A DNA stretch of 64,000 nt from Candidatus Aenigmatarchaeota archaeon (GTDB taxonomy: Archaea; Aenigmatarchaeota; Aenigmatarchaeia; PWEA01; JACQIF01), in contig CP066684.1 in assembly GCA_016432325.1 (NCBI GenBank), positions 480,001 to 544,000 of the forward strand, read 5' to 3'. A program made the translations under genes and the position numbers. Positions 1 through 9,757 of this stretch are shown piece after piece (positions within the stretch are counted from its first letter, which is position 1; every line of letters starts with the position of its first letter). Below the pieces are notes generated by a model. That model was not told the DNA's origin and did no database searches. It saw only the letters and a program-made list of their open reading frames with translations.

Positions 1-1
1 T

Positions 2-343
2 GTACGCGACAATCTCCTCCTGCATCAGTGTCGTGATATCCGTGGTCTGGAACGGATCCCTGTACTCGAGGATGAGCTTGCGCTTTTTGATGTAATCGGT
101 CAGGTCCCAGCCGAAGACTGCCGCATCGTCCATTATGTCCTGCGGAGTCTCTTCGAACGTGATGAACATGCAGTTCTCGCCGTTCTTCAGGCCTTCCATG
201 ATGAACTGCGTGCAGAATATCGTCTTTCCCGTGCCTGCATCGCCCAGGATCATTGTCGCCGAGCCCTTGACGACGCCTCCTTCTATGAGCTTGTCCAGAC
301 CGGTCAGGCCTGTCGAGACGCGTTCTATGTTGTTCTTTGGCAT
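2..343 (-). CDS. KaiC/RAD55-like RecA-superfamily ATPase (partial, runs off window start)
   Basis: Manual translation MPKNNIERVSTGLTGLDKLIEGGVVKGSATMILGDAGTGKTIFCTQF...FITFEE; Walker A and the KaiC-type FEE motif. Confidence 0.85.
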   Translation of the reverse strand, partial: MPKNNIERVSTGLTGLDKLIEGGVVKGSATMILGDAGTGKTIFCTQFIMEGLKNGENCMFITFEETPQDIMDDAAVFGWDLTDYIKKRKLILEYRDPFQTTDITTLMQEEIVAY

Positions 344-447
344 TTACGGGTCGCCTCTTCGATCAGCTGAGTTGTAAAGCATCCAACCACGAACCTTATT
401 TAAAGTTGCGGCTTATAAATATCGTTAAATTCTGGCAGGCCTGAAAC

Positions 448-1545
448 GTGTATTATAAGGATGCGGGATTAACAGCGGGTGGGGATGTGGTGGCAGGAGT
501 CGACGCCGACGCAAAACTTACTGAAGCGCGAAAGAACGAACACCTCAAGGTCGTCGCCGAGAACAAAGTAGAATGGGGAGAGACATGGCTCGACGACGTC
601 GTGCTCGTGCACCAGACCATGCCTGAAATCAACCTCGACGACGTCGATACGTCCGTCACATTCTTGGGGCACGCGTACGCGCTTCCTCTCAACATATCCG
701 GAATGACAGGCGGAACCGCCGCAGCGAAGCAGATAAACCGCGGGCTCGCGGAAGCCGCGCAGCGTGCGGGGGTCTCAATGGGCGTCGGCTCACAGAGGGC
801 GATGATATCGAACCCCGCCCTTCTCGATACGTACGCCGTGCGCGATGTAGCGCCTGACATCCTGCTTTTCGCAAATATCGGAATCTCGCACGTAAAGAAG
901 TATTCGCCGGAACAGATACGCGCCGCTGTTGAGGCGATAGGCGCGAACGTCCTTTGCGTGCACCTCAATCCGGCGCAGGAGATTTTCCAGAACGAGGGCG
1001 ACTGGGACTTCAGCGGCGCGGCCGACGCCTTGAAGACTTTCTGCGAAAATGTGGGCTATCCCGTCGTCGCGAAGGAGGTGGGCCACGGAATATCCATGGA
1101 AAGCGCGAAGATTGTCAAGGAATGCGGCGTCGTGGCGATAGACGTCCAGGGCAGCGGAGGCACGAGCTGGGCTTACATAGATTCGCTCCGCTCTGGAAAA
1201 GACGCCACCAACTTCAAGGCGTGGGGCGTTCCTACCGCGGCGGCGATATTGGAATGCAAGGGACTCGGTCTTCCGGTCATAGGTTCAGGCGGCGTACGCA
1301 GCGGCACGGACATCGCCAAATGCATAGCCCTCGGGGCCGATATGACAGGAATCGCGCTCCCGATGCTCAAGGCCGTCAACGCCGGCGGTCCGGAAGCTGT
1401 CGTACTGTATATAGAGAAGCTGAAGACCGAACTTAGATACGCGATGTTCCTTACCGGCTCGCGCAACATCGAGGAACTCAAGAAGGCGCGTTACGTCCTT
1501 ACGGGCCGTCTGGCCGACTGGGCCAAGCAGAGAGGGCTTCTGTAG
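448..1545 (+). CDS. fni: Type 2 isopentenyl-diphosphate delta-isomerase (IDI-2); true start probably GTG near 487
   Basis: RKNEHL, ISGMTGG, GVGSQR, HLNPAQE, KEVGHG, GSGGTSW and SGGVRSG motifs of the FMN-dependent IDI-2 family. Confidence 0.95.
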   Translation: MYYKDAGLTAGGDVVAGVDADAKLTEARKNEHLKVVAENKVEWGETWLDDVVLVHQTMPEINLDDVDTSVTFLGHAYALPLNISGMTGGTAAAKQINRGLAEAAQRAGVSMGVGSQRAMISNPALLDTYAVRDVAPDILLFANIGISHVKKYSPEQIRAAVEAIGANVLCVHLNPAQEIFQNEGDWDFSGAADALKTFCENVGYPVVAKEVGHGISMESAKIVKECGVVAIDVQGSGGTSWAYIDSLRSGKDATNFKAWGVPTAAAILECKGLGLPVIGSGGVRSGTDIAKCIALGADMTGIALPMLKAVNAGGPEAVVLYIEKLKTELRYAMFLTGSRNIEELKKARYVLTGRLADWAKQRGLL

Positions 1546-1568
1546 CGTATTTAAACGTGAGGCATGAA

Positions 1569-1641
1569 GTGATGGTATGGCACAAGAAGTCTTGAAACAG
1601 CTGTTTCAAACTTCCTTACGGTGATGATATGGCACAAGAAG
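1569..1641 (+). repeat. 21-bp direct repeat (1569-1589 and 1621-1641, one mismatch) flanking the 18-bp perfect palindrome TTGAAACAGCTGTTTCAA (1592-1609)
   Basis: GTGATGGTATGGCACAAGAAG vs GTGATGATATGGCACAAGAAG read directly from sequence. Confidence 0.9.
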
Positions 1642-1799
1642 AAGAAAATCGCAGGATGCCGGCAGGAATGGCCGGTCTCACGACGTATACCGATGTCAAT
1701 CCCAACAAGATAAAGCTCAAGCCCGAATACGTCGTGGGCATAGTCGCGGCTCTCGTTCTCGCAGAACTGGTTCTTTACATGAGCGTCGTGCCCATCTGA
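1629..1799 (+). CDS. secG: Preprotein translocase subunit Sec61beta (56 aa, below ORF-track cutoff)
   Basis: MAQEEENRRMPAGMAGLTTYTDVNPNKIKLKPEYVVGIVAALVLAELVLYMSVVPI; AGL.Y and IKL.PE followed by a single C-terminal TM helix. Confidence 0.85.
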   Translation: MAQEEENRRMPAGMAGLTTYTDVNPNKIKLKPEYVVGIVAALVLAELVLYMSVVPI

Positions 1800-1855
1800 C
1801 CGCCGCGCAACACGATATTTATAGGCGTCGCCATTAACACTTCTTCGGTGGAACC

Positions 1856-2746
1856 TTGGCAGAACTGGACATGAAAAAGGTCAAGAACGAAATAGCGAAA
1901 AAGCTCAAGGCCGGGGATATCGAACCGCACGAAGCGCAGATTCTTGAGCAAAGGGCGCCGGCCGCGCACGCCATCGCAAGCGTACCTGCGAAGGGCGGTC
2001 ATGCGGCGAAGAGCTACGTCAAGACAGGCGTGCCCGGATTCGACGCACTGTTCGAAAAAGGCATTCCAAAGGGTTCCACCATACTCATGGCAGGCGGCGC
2101 GGGCTCAGGCAAAACCATATTCTGCCTGCAGATGGCGGTTTATCAGGCAACCCACGGGAAGAAATGTTTCTACATGAGCTTCGAGGAGAATGAGGAGCAC
2201 CTGATGGAGCACATGAGGGACTTCGGCTGGGATCCGGAAGCGCTCATCGACTCCGGAATGCTCAGGATAAAGAAGTTCTCGCCGCTGGAAGTCGGAGAGC
2301 GGATGGGAGCCGTGTTGGCCCGCGAGCGCGGGTCGGTTCCTGTCGAGCTGGCGCCGATGATCCTCGGAGAGGGGTTCGAGCCCGATTTCATAGTCCTTGA
2401 TTCGCTCTCTGCCGTGGCCTCGGCGTTCCCGGGAAAGGACGGTTACTACAGAATCTACATAGAGCAGCTCTTCGATTTCTTTGAGAGTCTGGGCAGCACG
2501 ACGTTCCTGATAGCGGAGACCACGCAGGTGCCTGAGATATTCTCGCCGACGGGCATAGAAGAGTTCCTGGCCGACGGGGTCATCGTGCTCTACAACATCA
2601 AGCGCGGCGACACGAGAGAGAGCGCCGTGGAGGTCCTGAAGATGCGGGGCTCGAAACACGAAAAGAAGATAGTGGCGATGCAGATAACGGACCGCGGCAT
2701 CAACGTCTATCCCGAACAGCAGATATTCGGCGACATCAAGGGCTAG
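1856..2746 (+). CDS. KaiC/RAD55-like ATPase (single domain)
   Basis: KTGVPGFD, GGAGSGKT, SFEE, VLDSLS, EEFLADGVI, EVLKMRG. Confidence 0.9.
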   Translation: MAELDMKKVKNEIAKKLKAGDIEPHEAQILEQRAPAAHAIASVPAKGGHAAKSYVKTGVPGFDALFEKGIPKGSTILMAGGAGSGKTIFCLQMAVYQATHGKKCFYMSFEENEEHLMEHMRDFGWDPEALIDSGMLRIKKFSPLEVGERMGAVLARERGSVPVELAPMILGEGFEPDFIVLDSLSAVASAFPGKDGYYRIYIEQLFDFFESLGSTTFLIAETTQVPEIFSPTGIEEFLADGVIVLYNIKRGDTRESAVEVLKMRGSKHEKKIVAMQITDRGINVYPEQQIFGDIKG

Positions 2747-3195
2747 ACCGTTCCGGACAGCGTGCCTGTGCTGTTGAACAGCGTGGCCGAACTGATTTTC
2801 GTGTAGTAGAACTCTATCGATACGTCGTATGCGTACGTGCCTCCAGACAGCGCCAGAGGCACGGCGACGTTTATGAAGTCCGTCGTCTTGCCCGGACCCA
2901 CGCTGAGAGACACGTTCGTTCTGTTGGCCAGATTTCCGTCTGCGGTCCTCGCGTAGATTGCCGTCACTGTCACGGGGTCGGCCAGCCTGTTGTGCAGCTG
3001 CACCTGCAGGTCTCCTGACGTGGAGTTCAAGCCGAATCTCGGTATGTCTATCTCCGAGAAACCGGTCTTGCCCTTGGTGATGAGGCCCGATGGGGCAGCC
3101 ATTGTGAACAGCACCACTCCAAGGATTATGAGCACCAGCAGGGCCCAGCCGTATGTGGTTATGTACTCGAGAGCAGCCTGACCGCGGGAGTTCAT
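2743..3195 (-). CDS. Archaeal type IV pilin (class III signal peptide)
   Basis: RG/QAALEYITTYGW followed by a hydrophobic stretch; paralog of 11789-12271. Confidence 0.85.
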   Translation of the reverse strand: MNSRGQAALEYITTYGWALLVLIILGVVLFTMAAPSGLITKGKTGFSEIDIPRFGLNSTSGDLQVQLHNRLADPVTVTAIYARTADGNLANRTNVSLSVGPGKTTDFINVAVPLALSGGTYAYDVSIEFYYTKISSATLFNSTGTLSGTV

Positions 3196-3254
3196 GATTG
3201 GTTCTGGTCTGCCCGCTATATAATGTTTTTATTCGGGCTTGGCGCACCATCTGC

Positions 3255-4754
3255 ATGCGCCGCCCGCCGGGCCAAGTGGCGATGGAGTACATCATAATCG
3301 TCGGCATAGTCCTGTTGCTCATCGTGCCGCTCGTGTTCTTCACCAGCTCATCGTCCACGTCCCAGAAGAGGTCTGCGGACGCGGAAACGGCCGTGACGCG
3401 GCTGGCGACGGCCGCGGAGTCCGTATACTCGCAGGGCGTGGGAGCGCAGCAGACCGTTTCCGTATTTCTTCCCGAAGGGGCCAATCTCGAAGATTCCACC
3501 ATCTCCGGCCGGCTGATAAGGCTGCGCGTAGTAACGGCCGAAGGCGACGAGTACGACGTCGTCAGGCTGCTTCCTTTCAACATATCGGGCGTCTTTCCAA
3601 GCGATACGGGCTTCCAGCAGATTACCGTAAGGACGTTCGCCAACGGAACCGTTGGAATAGGCGATGTCACAGAAGCGCCTGTGGCGGCGTTCTGCGGCGA
3701 CGGGATAAAGAACGGCTCCGAGCAGTGCGACGGTTCTGACTTGGGAGGCGCCACGTGCGTCAGCCAAGGCTACACTTCAGGGACGCTCTCCTGCGGCGGC
3801 TCGTGCACGTACGACACATCCGCGTGCGTAAACGTGACGTACACCTTCACCTATGTGAACGGGTTTGTCGTTGGCAACGGAACCGTGGCGTCGTTCGCTT
3901 CGTCTCAGAGTGCTTCGGACAGCGGAGCCGTCGCGACGTACACTGAAACGAACTTCACCACGTTCGGGTCTCCTTCTGGTGTGTCAAATATCACGCTCAA
4001 CGCCAACGAGGTAACGACGGCTTCGAACGACTGGACGGACGAGGAGAACACATTCTCCTCGGACAACCTCTACGCGAGGCTGAACAATCTAGATAACAAA
4101 AACTTCATCGTCGGCCTCGACAACACGACCGACAGCGGAACTATTACGTCTGTCGTAATCAGCGTCGAGCAGAACATAAGCGACCCCGGGGATTTGGACG
4201 ACGAGTTCATACTGACGCCCTTCATCGGCGCGACGGCAGGCACGGCCTGCGCTAACATAGACGGCACTGCCGCGGACGCCTACATAGAGTGCAACGTGAC
4301 GAACAACCGTCCGGGAGGCGGCTCATGGACCTTCGCAGACCTCAACAATACACGTGTCCGCGTCAACATCAACAAGCTCGGCGGCGCGCCTGTCTTCAGC
4401 GTGGACCACATAAGGCTAATCGTGACTAGAACGACGGCAGCCACGCCAGATGTTTCGTCGTTCACGTTGAACGTCACAACCAATTTCACGTCCGTCCCGT
4501 CAGGCTCCGTTCAGGAACTGCAAATCCGTTACAACGTCACGAATGACACGTTCGCAGTGCACGTGTGGAACGGCACGAGTTTCAACAGCCGCGGGACGCT
4601 CGACTCGACCGCGATGACGAACTTTTCATACGTTCTGACCGCATCAGAGTACAACAGCGGAGCGCCGCGTGTGAAGTTTTTGGACAGCGCGTTCAACGCG
4701 TCGCAGGGCGTGCTGCGAATAGACTATGAACGCGTCAACACGACAACGCCGTGA
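3255..4754 (+). CDS. Large pilin-like adhesin with class III signal peptide and a Cys-rich repeat
   Basis: MRRPPG/QVAMEY; CGDGIKNGSEQCDGSDLGGATC...GTLSC...C...C module; Thr/Asn-rich beta region with many N-x-S/T sequons. Confidence 0.75.
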   Translation: MRRPPGQVAMEYIIIVGIVLLLIVPLVFFTSSSSTSQKRSADAETAVTRLATAAESVYSQGVGAQQTVSVFLPEGANLEDSTISGRLIRLRVVTAEGDEYDVVRLLPFNISGVFPSDTGFQQITVRTFANGTVGIGDVTEAPVAAFCGDGIKNGSEQCDGSDLGGATCVSQGYTSGTLSCGGSCTYDTSACVNVTYTFTYVNGFVVGNGTVASFASSQSASDSGAVATYTETNFTTFGSPSGVSNITLNANEVTTASNDWTDEENTFSSDNLYARLNNLDNKNFIVGLDNTTDSGTITSVVISVEQNISDPGDLDDEFILTPFIGATAGTACANIDGTAADAYIECNVTNNRPGGGSWTFADLNNTRVRVNINKLGGAPVFSVDHIRLIVTRTTAATPDVSSFTLNVTTNFTSVPSGSVQELQIRYNVTNDTFAVHVWNGTSFNSRGTLDSTAMTNFSYVLTASEYNSGAPRVKFLDSAFNASQGVLRIDYERVNTTTP

Positions 4755-4778
4755 GCTTTATGAAAAGGGTTTGAAGCT

Positions 4779-5183
4779 ATGAAAGGACAGGCGGGCATGG
4801 AGTTTCTTGTTGTCATAGGCATCATGCTCGTCGTCTTCCTCTCTCTCAACATCGCGTTCATCGACAGGGGAGGCGACGTCTCCGTATATGCGCGCAACGC
4901 CCAGATGCAGGAAGCCGTTGAGAAGGTCGCGGGCATGATAACCGCGGCGCACGCAACGCACGGCTTGAGGGTTAACACGACACTGCCGTCGTTTGTGGAA
5001 GGCTGCGAACCTGTGTATACCGTACATGCGAGTTTGTTCGTAGCGGTCTGCGGCGATGAGGGCTTTGCGTCCGGCTTCATAGGCAACGTCACCAACGGAA
5101 CATCATCTCCTCCGTTCTCAATCAGAGAAGACATTGCAATCAAAGGCCTTTCAGACGGCAGGGTTGAGGTGACGCAGAGATGA
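4779..5183 (+). CDS. Minor pilin (class III signal peptide)
   Basis: MKG/QAGMEF plus hydrophobic helix. Confidence 0.8.
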   Translation: MKGQAGMEFLVVIGIMLVVFLSLNIAFIDRGGDVSVYARNAQMQEAVEKVAGMITAAHATHGLRVNTTLPSFVEGCEPVYTVHASLFVAVCGDEGFASGFIGNVTNGTSSPPFSIREDIAIKGLSDGRVEVTQR

Positions 5184-5671
5184 AAGGGCAGGTCATAAGC
5201 GCGGACTTCGTCGTCGCGTTCTTCATATTCCTTGCTATAGTGCTGGGCCTCTTCCTGTCATGGAACGGCGCCACAGACACGATTGGCCAGATCTACTCCA
5301 GAAACGCGATGCAGAGGGCAGGCGGACTCGCGGCCGATTCGCTGGTGAGAAGCCCGGGGGAACCCGACGACTGGACGGCGGCGAGCGTGACGGCTCTGGG
5401 TCTCGCCGACGACGCGCCCAACGTGCTGAACGCGGACAAGGTGTCCCGTATGCTCAACGTGCCTTACGAGACGTCAAGAAACATGCTCCGCATGCCGACG
5501 GACTTCTCGCTGGAAATAAACAGGACCAGCGGCGCCGCATTCACCGTAAACAACACGCAGGCCGTCTACGGCACGCAGCCGTTCGCGAACGCCACGAACA
5601 TCGTGGTGGTCCGCAGGCTCGTGGTGATGGGCGGCATCCCCGGAGTCCTGACTATGAAGGTGTGGGCATGA
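5180..5671 (+). CDS. Minor pilin (class III signal peptide)
   Basis: MKG/QVISADF; LVRSPGEPDDW motif; ATGA overlap with the upstream gene. Confidence 0.8.
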   Translation: MKGQVISADFVVAFFIFLAIVLGLFLSWNGATDTIGQIYSRNAMQRAGGLAADSLVRSPGEPDDWTAASVTALGLADDAPNVLNADKVSRMLNVPYETSRNMLRMPTDFSLEINRTSGAAFTVNNTQAVYGTQPFANATNIVVVRRLVVMGGIPGVLTMKVWA

Positions 5672-6168
5672 CGGTTAAGAGCGGCAGCGGATTCGCAAAA
5701 AGGCCCAAGGGATTCGTGATAACCATGGACGCCATGCTGGCCGCGGTCGTCGTCATAGCCGCAATCGCCTCTGTTTCAAACTCCCTCGAGGTAGGCCAGA
5801 CAGACGTCTGGAAAGAGGACTCCCTGTACAGATACGCGCAGGACGTGCTTCTCGTGCTGGACAGGAACGGTACGTTCACGATTGTGGCGTCCTCATCAGC
5901 AGGCAACGCGACCCTCGCCGCCGCGCTGGACGACCTGATGCCGGTGAACCTCGGCGCGAATGTGACGCTGAGAATATACACAGACGCGAACAACGACGGC
6001 GTTTTCGAGGAGCGAAGCGTCAACGCCGCATACGCGGCGTCTGCGCCAACGGGATGGTCCTCGTCGCAGGCAGTGGCCGCGAAGCGAATCTATACGAAAT
6101 ACAACGACTCGTCGCCCACGAACAGCGAATACGGCGTCGCGGTGATAAACCTATGGACGGCGGTATGA
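5668..6168 (+). CDS. Minor pilin (class III signal peptide)
   Basis: KG/FVITMDA plus hydrophobic helix; start reassigned to the ATGA overlap. Confidence 0.75.
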   Translation: MTVKSGSGFAKRPKGFVITMDAMLAAVVVIAAIASVSNSLEVGQTDVWKEDSLYRYAQDVLLVLDRNGTFTIVASSSAGNATLAAALDDLMPVNLGANVTLRIYTDANNDGVFEERSVNAAYAASAPTGWSSSQAVAAKRIYTKYNDSSPTNSEYGVAVINLWTAV

Positions 6169-7037
6169 TGGACAAGGGGCAGCTCTTCACGGTCGTTGCG
6201 TTTTTCCTCGTCTTCTCGCTGGTCGCCTTGTCCGCGGCCTTCTCAAACGTAAACCTGGAGACCAAGCGGGACGCGAACGTCCTGACAGATGCAACCAAGC
6301 TGGCGTACGCGTTCGACACGGCGAAGTACAGCATGCAACTCGCGACAGGCGTGAACGTGACAAAGAACAGCACCCGCCTGACACTGCGGGACGACATCGA
6401 CCGCACGACAAGCTACCAGACCTTCCTCTCCAAACTTGAGAGCTTCGTGAATTCGAAGTTCGAAGACCGGACGTTGACGGTTGATTTCGTCGACACGTCA
6501 GGCGGCGCAATGGACTGGAACCAGGTCACAGGCTTGGACGTGGTGCCGTTCAACATCACTTACGTCTATCCGATAGTCGGCGGCGACATCGAGATTCGTT
6601 CGTTCAATGACACCGCGCTGGACCATCTGGAAAGGATGGATGTGGACATCTCAATGGACGCGTCACTCGTCGCCAACTCGACCTTCTGGGCGCCTGAGAA
6701 CGACTGCAGCCCTCCGGGCTCGCCCCCGTCGTGCCTGCCCATACGAATCGTCATCAGAGGAAGCAACGGCGTGACAAAGGACAGCGGAGAGTCAAATCTC
6801 GACCTGAGCCAGCAGTCCGTCTCCACTCACCTCGTTCAGGGAGGCGCCGGAAACGTGAAGGTCACCATAGGCCGCTCGCCTTCCACGGACTCGCGCTTCA
6901 TACTGATAGAAACGAGCGGCGTCGCGGCGCACGTGAATACGATAATGACGTTCGACACCGAAGGCTATCGCACTCTGAACCCTCCGGCAAGATTGAGGGT
7001 CTTCGACGCGGTGGCTTATATAGAGGGCGACGTCTGA
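6165..7037 (+). CDS. Pilin-like protein (class III signal peptide)
   Basis: MMDKG/QLFTVV plus hydrophobic helix; ATGA overlap. Confidence 0.7.
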   Translation: MMDKGQLFTVVAFFLVFSLVALSAAFSNVNLETKRDANVLTDATKLAYAFDTAKYSMQLATGVNVTKNSTRLTLRDDIDRTTSYQTFLSKLESFVNSKFEDRTLTVDFVDTSGGAMDWNQVTGLDVVPFNITYVYPIVGGDIEIRSFNDTALDHLERMDVDISMDASLVANSTFWAPENDCSPPGSPPSCLPIRIVIRGSNGVTKDSGESNLDLSQQSVSTHLVQGGAGNVKVTIGRSPSTDSRFILIETSGVAAHVNTIMTFDTEGYRTLNPPARLRVFDAVAYIEGDV

Positions 7038-7067
7038 GTTATTATATTCCGGCTCACAAGGGATACC

Positions 7068-8201
7068 ATGCCACGAAAAAAGGGAGCGACGTCCGTAGAC
7101 GACCTTCTGGACCTGATAAACGAGCGGCGTAACGTAGAGCTCCACGAAGCGGCGACGGTTCTCAACGTGGACCCGGACACCATAGAAGAGTGGGCCGAGG
7201 CTATGAGCGACCAGGGCCTCATGGAGATAGACTACGGCTTCGGAAAGGTCACTCTCAAAGCCATCGCGCCTGCGGCATTCGAAGAGAAGGGCAAGGAGGC
7301 GATGGTCAGAAAAACGGACGTGTCCAAGAAGGCGACGACCGCCGAGCAGCGCGCCCTCGAGATAAAGAAAAAGGTTACCTACACCGCGAAAGACATCGAA
7401 GAGCTCGGGAAGACCATAGAAGAACACGGCAAAGAAGCCGAAGGAATGGTGTACGACGTCAAGCAGCTCTTTGCCGAAGGGGAGAAGTTCCTCAACGAAC
7501 TCGATTACAGGAAGATAAGCGCCGAGCAGCGGGAACGCGAGATGCTCGAAAAGTTCAACTCTCTTGAGACGTCGCTACACGCGTCGGAGAAGCGGCTGGC
7601 CCAGATAATAAAGGAGTTCGAGCAACTCGACGCGACCGTGGAAGACATCTTCAAACGCGCTCACGCGCACGACGAGGAGGTCCGCGCGCTCGAAACGATG
7701 AAAGGCGAGATAACCAAGGACATGAAGAAGCTTGAAAGCGAGGCCGGCATCCTGATACACTACGAGGAGAAGGTCAGCCCATCGGTCCTCCAGACCCTGA
7801 AGAGACTCGTGATGCGCGTGCTCGAAAAGCTGGAGTACGTGCTGAAGAAGAAGGTCGACGTCTCGGCCGCTCACAAGGAAACGCACGAAACCATACAGGA
7901 AGCGCGGGAAAGGTTCGGCATTGAGCAGCCCGAAAAGGAGTTCGTGGGCGAGGAGGAGACGCCCACTGTTGCGGAGAAGCCTGAGCAAACAAAAGACGCT
8001 GGCCGGACAGAAACTCAGAAGCAACAGCAGGCTCCCGAAAGCGGCGAGGAGGCAAAGAAGGACGAGACTACCGCTCAGCAAGAGGGGACCAGTAAACAGG
8101 TTTACCGCTCAGAAAGTCAAGAGGGGACCAGTAAACAGGTTTACCGCTCAGAAAGTCAAGAGGGGACCAGTAAATGGCCGAGAGAAAAGAAGAACAAGTG
8201 A
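7068..8201 (+). CDS. Pilus-locus coiled-coil protein with an N-terminal winged-helix-like domain
   Basis: VDDLLDLI...EAATVLNV...IEEWAEAMSDQGLMEIDY; long E/K-rich heptads; directly upstream of the ATPase. Confidence 0.65.
   Translation: MPRKKGATSVDDLLDLINERRNVELHEAATVLNVDPDTIEEWAEAMSDQGLMEIDYGFGKVTLKAIAPAAFEEKGKEAMVRKTDVSKKATTAEQRALEIKKKVTYTAKDIEELGKTIEEHGKEAEGMVYDVKQLFAEGEKFLNELDYRKISAEQREREMLEKFNSLETSLHASEKRLAQIIKEFEQLDATVEDIFKRAHAHDEEVRALETMKGEITKDMKKLESEAGILIHYEEKVSPSVLQTLKRLVMRVLEKLEYVLKKKVDVSAAHKETHETIQEARERFGIEQPEKEFVGEEETPTVAEKPEQTKDAGRTETQKQQQAPESGEEAKKDETTAQQEGTSKQVYRSESQEGTSKQVYRSESQEGTSKWPREKKNK
8079..8174 (+). repeat. 39-bp tandem repeat, about 2.5 copies (QEGTSKQVYRSES), each full unit containing the hairpin GTAAAC-AG-GTTTAC
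   Basis: CAAGAGGGGACCAGTAAACAGGTTTACCGCTCAGAAAGT at 8079 and 8118, partial at 8157. Confidence 0.95.
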
Positions 8202-9748
8202 TGAAGAGGTACGTCGTCGCGGCAGACGACGTGATAGCCACCATCGTCATATCAATGAAAAGCGAGGACTACGTGCCGCACTACACTCTCTCTTTCGACA
8301 AGCTGCAGCCCGGAACCGCGGCAGTCCTGAAGGCCATCCGCGAGGAGATCGTAAGGACCGTAGACATAACACCCAGCGAGCTTCTGGACCCCAAGATGGC
8401 GCAGCTGGTCAAGGAAAAATTCGTCCAGAGGTCCAGAGAAACGCTCGCCTCCCGCATGCCGACTCTTGACGAGACTACGAGACGCTCGCTCGCAGGCTCG
8501 CTCGTCCACGAGATGTTCGGCCTCGGAGACATCGAACTGCTCATAAGGGACGACGACTTGGAAGAGATAGTCATAAACGCGTCGGACGAGCCCATGTGGG
8601 TATATCACAAGGAGTTCGGCTGGCTCGTGACGAACCTGAAGCTGCAGGGAGAGGAAGACATACAAAACTACGCTTCCATAGTGGGCAGGCGCGTCGGCCG
8701 CCAGATAAGCACTCTCAACCCGCTTCTTGACGCGCACCTGGTCACCGGAGACCGCGTGAACGCGACGCTGTTTCCCATCTCAACGAAAGGCAACACGCTC
8801 ACGATACGAAAGTTCGCGCGCAACCCGTGGACCATCACGCACTTCATCGATCCGTCATCGAGAACCCTCAGCGTCGATCTCGCGGCTTTCCTGTGGACGT
8901 GCATCCAATACGAACTCAACATAATCATCGCCGGCGGAACCGCTTCGGGGAAGACGTCTTTCCTGAACGCGCTGGCACCTTTCGTCCAGACCAACCACAG
9001 AATCGTCTCCATAGAGGACACGCGCGAGCTTCAACTGCCGCGCTTCGCCCACTGGGTTCCCCTGACAACGCGCGAACCGAACCCCGAGGGCCGCGGAGAG
9101 GTGTCGATGCTCGACCTGATGATAAACTCCCTCAGAATGCGGCCGGACCGCATACTCGTGGGAGAAGTGCGCCGCCAAGCGCAGGCCGAAGTGATGTTCG
9201 AGGCCATGCACACCGGCCATTCGGTGTATTCGACGCTTCACGCGGACAACGTAGACGAGATGCGCTCGAGACTCATCAACCCACCAATCAATATACCCGA
9301 ATCGCAGCTCGAGGCCCTGCATCTGGCTGTCGTGCAGTTCCGCCACAGGAGGCTGGGCATACGCAGGACTTTCCAGGTGGCTGAAATCGTGCCGACGGCC
9401 CACATCGGCGAGAAACGCGAAGTGCACTTGAACATGCTCTACAGGTGGAATCCTTCAACCGATGCCGTTGAAAAGGCCAACAGCAGCATACGAACCAACG
9501 GCGAGATATCGGCGTACACGGGCATGACGACCAAAGAGATAGCGGACGAAGTCAAGGAAAAGGCGCAGCTGCTCCAGTGGATGCTGGACAACAACATCAA
9601 GACGGTGAACACCGTGGGAAAAGTGGTTGCTGACTATTACAGGAACAAGAGCGAGACCATGGAATACGCGAAGAGGAACGCGAAGCCGCGCGACATATTC
9701 TCCGAGGATCTTCTCGTGGAGCTGCGGGCCCGCGGCTACATGAAATGA
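8174..9748 (+). CDS. Type IV pilus assembly ATPase (TadA/CpaF/VirB11 family)
   Basis: GGTASGKT, SIEDTREL, LRMRPDRILVGEVR, MHTGH, STLHA. Confidence 0.95.
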   Translation: MAERKEEQVMKRYVVAADDVIATIVISMKSEDYVPHYTLSFDKLQPGTAAVLKAIREEIVRTVDITPSELLDPKMAQLVKEKFVQRSRETLASRMPTLDETTRRSLAGSLVHEMFGLGDIELLIRDDDLEEIVINASDEPMWVYHKEFGWLVTNLKLQGEEDIQNYASIVGRRVGRQISTLNPLLDAHLVTGDRVNATLFPISTKGNTLTIRKFARNPWTITHFIDPSSRTLSVDLAAFLWTCIQYELNIIIAGGTASGKTSFLNALAPFVQTNHRIVSIEDTRELQLPRFAHWVPLTTREPNPEGRGEVSMLDLMINSLRMRPDRILVGEVRRQAQAEVMFEAMHTGHSVYSTLHADNVDEMRSRLINPPINIPESQLEALHLAVVQFRHRRLGIRRTFQVAEIVPTAHIGEKREVHLNMLYRWNPSTDAVEKANSSIRTNGEISAYTGMTTKEIADEVKEKAQLLQWMLDNNIKTVNTVGKVVADYYRNKSETMEYAKRNAKPRDIFSEDLLVELRARGYMK

Positions 9749-9757
9749 GGGGATCTA

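Noticed and set aside
2105-3754. 549-aa minus-strand ORF and the many other long shadow ORFs (e.g. 27355-28539, 38480-39640)
   Set aside because: These are antisense or alternative-frame to well-supported genes, as expected in GC-rich DNA, and show no recognisable motifs.
8079-8174. CRISPR array
   Set aside because: The units are identical with no unique spacers, the repeat is in frame within a CDS, and there are no cas genes.
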